Assembly (NCBI RefSeq): GCF_001194135.2
Contig: NC_068999.1
Location: forward strand, 41,754,111-41,789,540
Length of the DNA: 35,430 nucleotides
Direction of reading: 5' to 3'
From: Octopus bimaculoides
Taxonomy: Eukaryota
Shown: piece after piece, positions 32,215 to 35,430 of the stretch
Layout: each line of letters opens with the position of its first letter
Numbering within the stretch: the stretch's first letter is position 1
The notes under the pieces: model-generated
Told to the model about the DNA's origin: nothing
Seen by the model: the letters and a program-made list of their open reading frames with translations, nothing else
Database searches by the model: none
Program-made: the position numbers and the translations under genes

Positions 32215-32310
32215 TGTATAAACAATTAATTCAACCCAAATATATTTATTGGTACCTTGGGATAAAAGGCAAAGATTTGAACTCACAGCTTAAAGGGATG
32301 TTCATTAAAT
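32215..32310 (-). mobile_element. SINE family B fragment
   Basis: TTGGTACC..GATAAAAGGCAAAG|ATTTGAACTCA. Confidence 0.5.
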
Positions 32311-32519
32311 ACTTCTAGACGTCTGCAGACTTTCCAACTATGCCATCTACCTCTCTTGTCCTCTCCTTATCAACTGTATCACCATTACTATTTCTGCCAT
32401 GCCCATCCTCACTTCTGCATCCTTTTATCTTCCCTAGCTTGTGGTTTATTGTTCATCTACCCTTCAACTCTACCCAGATTTTACAGCTTCCCCCAGGGTT
32501 TGTAGTTCTGTGAGTTGCC

Positions 32520-32706
32520 TGATGGCACCAAAAAACAAAAAAAAAAAAAGACTCCACCCAGTAAATGCTGTAAAGTGGTTGGTGGTAGGAAGGGCATCCA
32601 GCTGTAGAAATTATGCCAAAGCAGATATTGGAAGTCTATGCAATCCTTGGACTTGAACCATCCAACCCATGCCAGCATAGAATATGGATATTAAGCGGTG
32701 ATGATG
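32520..32706 (+). mobile_element. Repeat family C
   Basis: GGTAGGAAGGGCATCCAGCTGTAGAAA..CCAACCCATGCCAGCAT..GATGATG. Confidence 0.7.
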
Positions 32707-34254
32707 CTTTACCGTTATTTTTGCTACTCATTAAAAAAATATGTTAGCATTCTTTGTTTATCTGCATGTAGCAAGGCTGGAAGTACAAAGAGTTGTGAAA
32801 GGGAAAAAAAAAAAATAAAATAAAATAAAAATAACCCGACAAATCCTTTGCATCAGTAATGCTAGCTTTCTTGCACGTAATTTTATCTCAATTCTGTAAT
32901 CATTTTAATTTGTTTATCAGAGGAGGAATGAAAAAAAAAAGTGATGATAGGGAAAAGGAAGGGTTGATTGGAGGATAAGAACAACTGCTTTAAAGTATTT
33001 GCTAAGCTGATAGTTGTGGCCAAGCAGATACATCTGATTCACGTGTGACTATACTGAAAATGTATATTAACTCCTTTGATACCCAACTGTCTGAGTTTTG
33101 GTGCTGTGGTACAAAGCTTCTCATATTTGATACACATGAAACCTTCCGTCATAATTTTCTGCAAGAACTTTTTGCTGTGTTGCAAAAGTCGGTCGGCTTT
33201 GTAAGGAAAACTGTTAGCCATTCTATTTCATCTATTAACAATCTTGATTATCTTCATTATAATTAGGTTAAAGGTGGCGAGCTGGCAGAATCGTTAGCAC
33301 AATTGAGTAACATTTATTTTAAGTTTTCCATTAACTGGTCTTGTTTTTTGAAGAAGGACTGGGGCAACAACAAATGAAATTGCTGGTATCCAAGTGATCT
33401 CTCTCTCCCTCCTTTCCATCTCTCTTCAACAATCTTACCCTACAATCCTGATCTATTCTCAGTTACTTGTCATTTATCAGCTCCATATGTTAGAGTGCGC
33501 TTACCTTGTTTTTCGAGATAACAGAATTGAAATCCAACAGCAGTAGCAGTTCTCCCATATGCTATCAGATAACCATTAGTTTGATATCTCTGTTTGTGTG
33601 TGTGTGTGTGGAAGCGGTTAGCGTTTAAGAGATATCTGTGGTAGTTCTGAAACCATGCGTATCCTAATCTCTAATCTGCAACCAATATCAATGGCAAAAA
33701 TTTAGGCAAGTCTAAACAACTTAGATATAAATCTGGTGCACATAGTTTCTTCCCTGAGAGAAGAAAGATTTTTGGGTCTTGGAGAATTGTGAATCAGGAA
33801 ATAAATATGTCTGAATTTTTTTTTTTTTTCTTGCTAAATTCTGTATCATTTTCATTTATTTATTTATTGTGTTCTTCATAAATTGCAGTAACTACCCTTG
33901 ATACTCTTCATGTCAGTGCCGACAGTTTTATTTGCTTATTTCAGACACTGAAGTTTTTATTTTGTGGGTGTGGTGCATGTGTGTATACACACACACACAC
34001 ACACACACACACTTTCATCTATTTTTCTTTTTGTTTTCTTCCTATATTTTTTCTGGTGTTCTCTGTCTGTCTGTCTGTCTTTCTCTATCTATATATAAAT
34101 TTATTTATTTATTTATTCAGGTGGTTATTTACTTTTTTTCTTCCAAGGAATCGAATCTTTACTTTTTGGCTTTCTGAGAAAATATCTTTAGTTTTCCATT
34201 CCATACCTATATGCATACGCTATATTTGATTCTTGTGAAGGAATGCGTGCACGC

Positions 34255-34285
<31 letters not shown>

Positions 34286-34544
34286 GAATGTATGAGCATC
34301 CATTTCCACACCATTTTCAATGAAAATGGTAACAGTGGTTAAAGCTTTTCTAAACAAAATGTCCCAACACTCACATGTTTCGTTGTCTTTAAACACCAGA
34401 TGAATTAAAGCATACTTTACTGAAAAAACAAGTTTATTTGAAGCATATTTTCTATGGCTGGATTCCATTCCTGTCACTAACCCTCACCTGTTTTCAAGAC
34501 CAAGAGATGCAAAGACAATCACATACACACGTTTTAAACACAAT

Positions 34545-34700
34545 TCTTTCAGTTTCCATGCACCACATCCTTTCACAAGGCTTCGATTGGCCTCGGGCTA
34601 TAGCAGAGAATGCTTGCCCAAAGTTTCCCACAGTGGGACTGAACTCGGAACTATGTGGTTGAAAAGCAAACTCCTTACCACACAGCCATGCCTATGCCTA
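34545..34700 (-). mobile_element. SINE family A head
   Basis: TTCTTTCAGTTTCC..CAGTGGGACTGAACTCGGAAC..CCACACAGCCATGCCTATGCCTA. Confidence 0.75.
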
Positions 34701-35081
34701 AAAACAAAAACATTTGGCATTGTCTAAATTCACACAAAAGTGCTAAATCCCATTGAGAGTGACTAGCTTCCAGTTTGTAGCAAAGGAAATAAGGTTGGCT
34801 GATGACTGTAATAGGAGAACAGGAGATTAAATACTTTACAATATATTATTTCATTCTTCTACAATGTGAATGCAAGTCTCACTGGGGTCGACTTTGACTT
34901 TCATCCCTTGTGGATCAATATATATATTTATAAAACACATACTGGGCGTATAATCGAGGCAGTAGTTTCAACTGTATCCCTAACCTATATTTTTGGGGTC
35001 TCATTCTAATTGCTTTGAAATTAATGTTGTAGAACTTGTATGTACATACATACAACTATAATGTACTTGTACAATTGTATG

Positions 35082-35129
<48 letters not shown>

Positions 35130-35135
35130 TATTTA

Positions 35136-35302
35136 TAGGTGCAGGAGTGACTGTGTGGTAAGTAGCTTGCTTCCTAACTACATGGTTCCGGGTTCAGTCC
35201 CACTGCGTGGCACCTTGGGCAAGTGTTTTCTATTATAGCCTCAAGCCAACCAAAGCCTTCTGAGTGGATTTGTTAGACAGAAACTGAAAGAAGACCGTCG
35301 TA
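35136..35302 (+). mobile_element. SINE family A, 5' half
   Basis: TAGGTGCAGGAGTGACTGTGTGGTAAG..GGTTCAGTCCCACTGCG..GAAAGAAGACCGTCGTA. Confidence 0.85.
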
Positions 35303-35385
35303 TATATATATATATATATAAAGGCGACTCGAGTTTCAGGGCTATTTACGACGGTCTTCTTTCAGTTTCTGTCTAACAAATCCAC
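35264..35385. repeat. Perfect 39-bp inverted repeat with a 44-nt spacer
   Basis: 35264-35302 GTGGATTTGTTAGACAGAAACTGAAAGAAGACCGTCGTA is the exact reverse complement of 35347-35385. Confidence 0.9.
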
Positions 35386-35430
35386 ACAGTCTGTTAAAGT
35401 CTGTCATACCGGCCATGACGAAGGGAAATA

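Noticed and set aside
33039-33266. Overlapping 60-73-aa ORFs on both strands
   Set aside because: They lie within a TTAA-initiated repeat homologous to 24107 and have no protein motif.
31280-35430. Next PCCB exon (GVAH..F.ND..AL) and, at 1-1227, the preceding exon (..GARIQEG..)
   Set aside because: Not found on reading either flank; they presumably lie outside the window.

Overview
AT-rich (~35% GC), microsatellite- and SINE-dense animal genomic DNA with seven N-gaps (5378-5766, 6254-6412, 10268-10479, 12390-12525, 14411-14751, 21484-21767, 22831-23041). The repeat families look like those of octopus (inference from recall, no search run). The + strand carries four short coding exons of propionyl-CoA carboxylase beta chain (PCCB; 1228-1288, 1849-1898, 2611-2652, 31213-31279). 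They splice in frame to [74 protein letters not shown]. The 28.6-kb intron 2653-31212 contains an antisense, uninterrupted 500-aa ORF (16567-18069, -) for a type II membrane GT92-family glycosyltransferase (GALT-1-like). The signal that the ORF track misses is a set of type I hammerhead ribozyme motifs from two repeat families. Two core-intact copies of a ~138-bp element lie at 389-525 and 3424-3561 (- strand), the second inserted into a dead mariner transposase. A tRNA-headed, fold-back element with a hammerhead tail lies at 24177-24478 (+), with a decayed relative at 1105-1180. The rest is two mariner relics, at least four SINE-like families, MITE/Helitron-like ends, an orphan C2H2 finger, a 26-27-bp minisatellite and several inverted repeats. 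Most repeat boundaries are approximate (about +/-10 bp).
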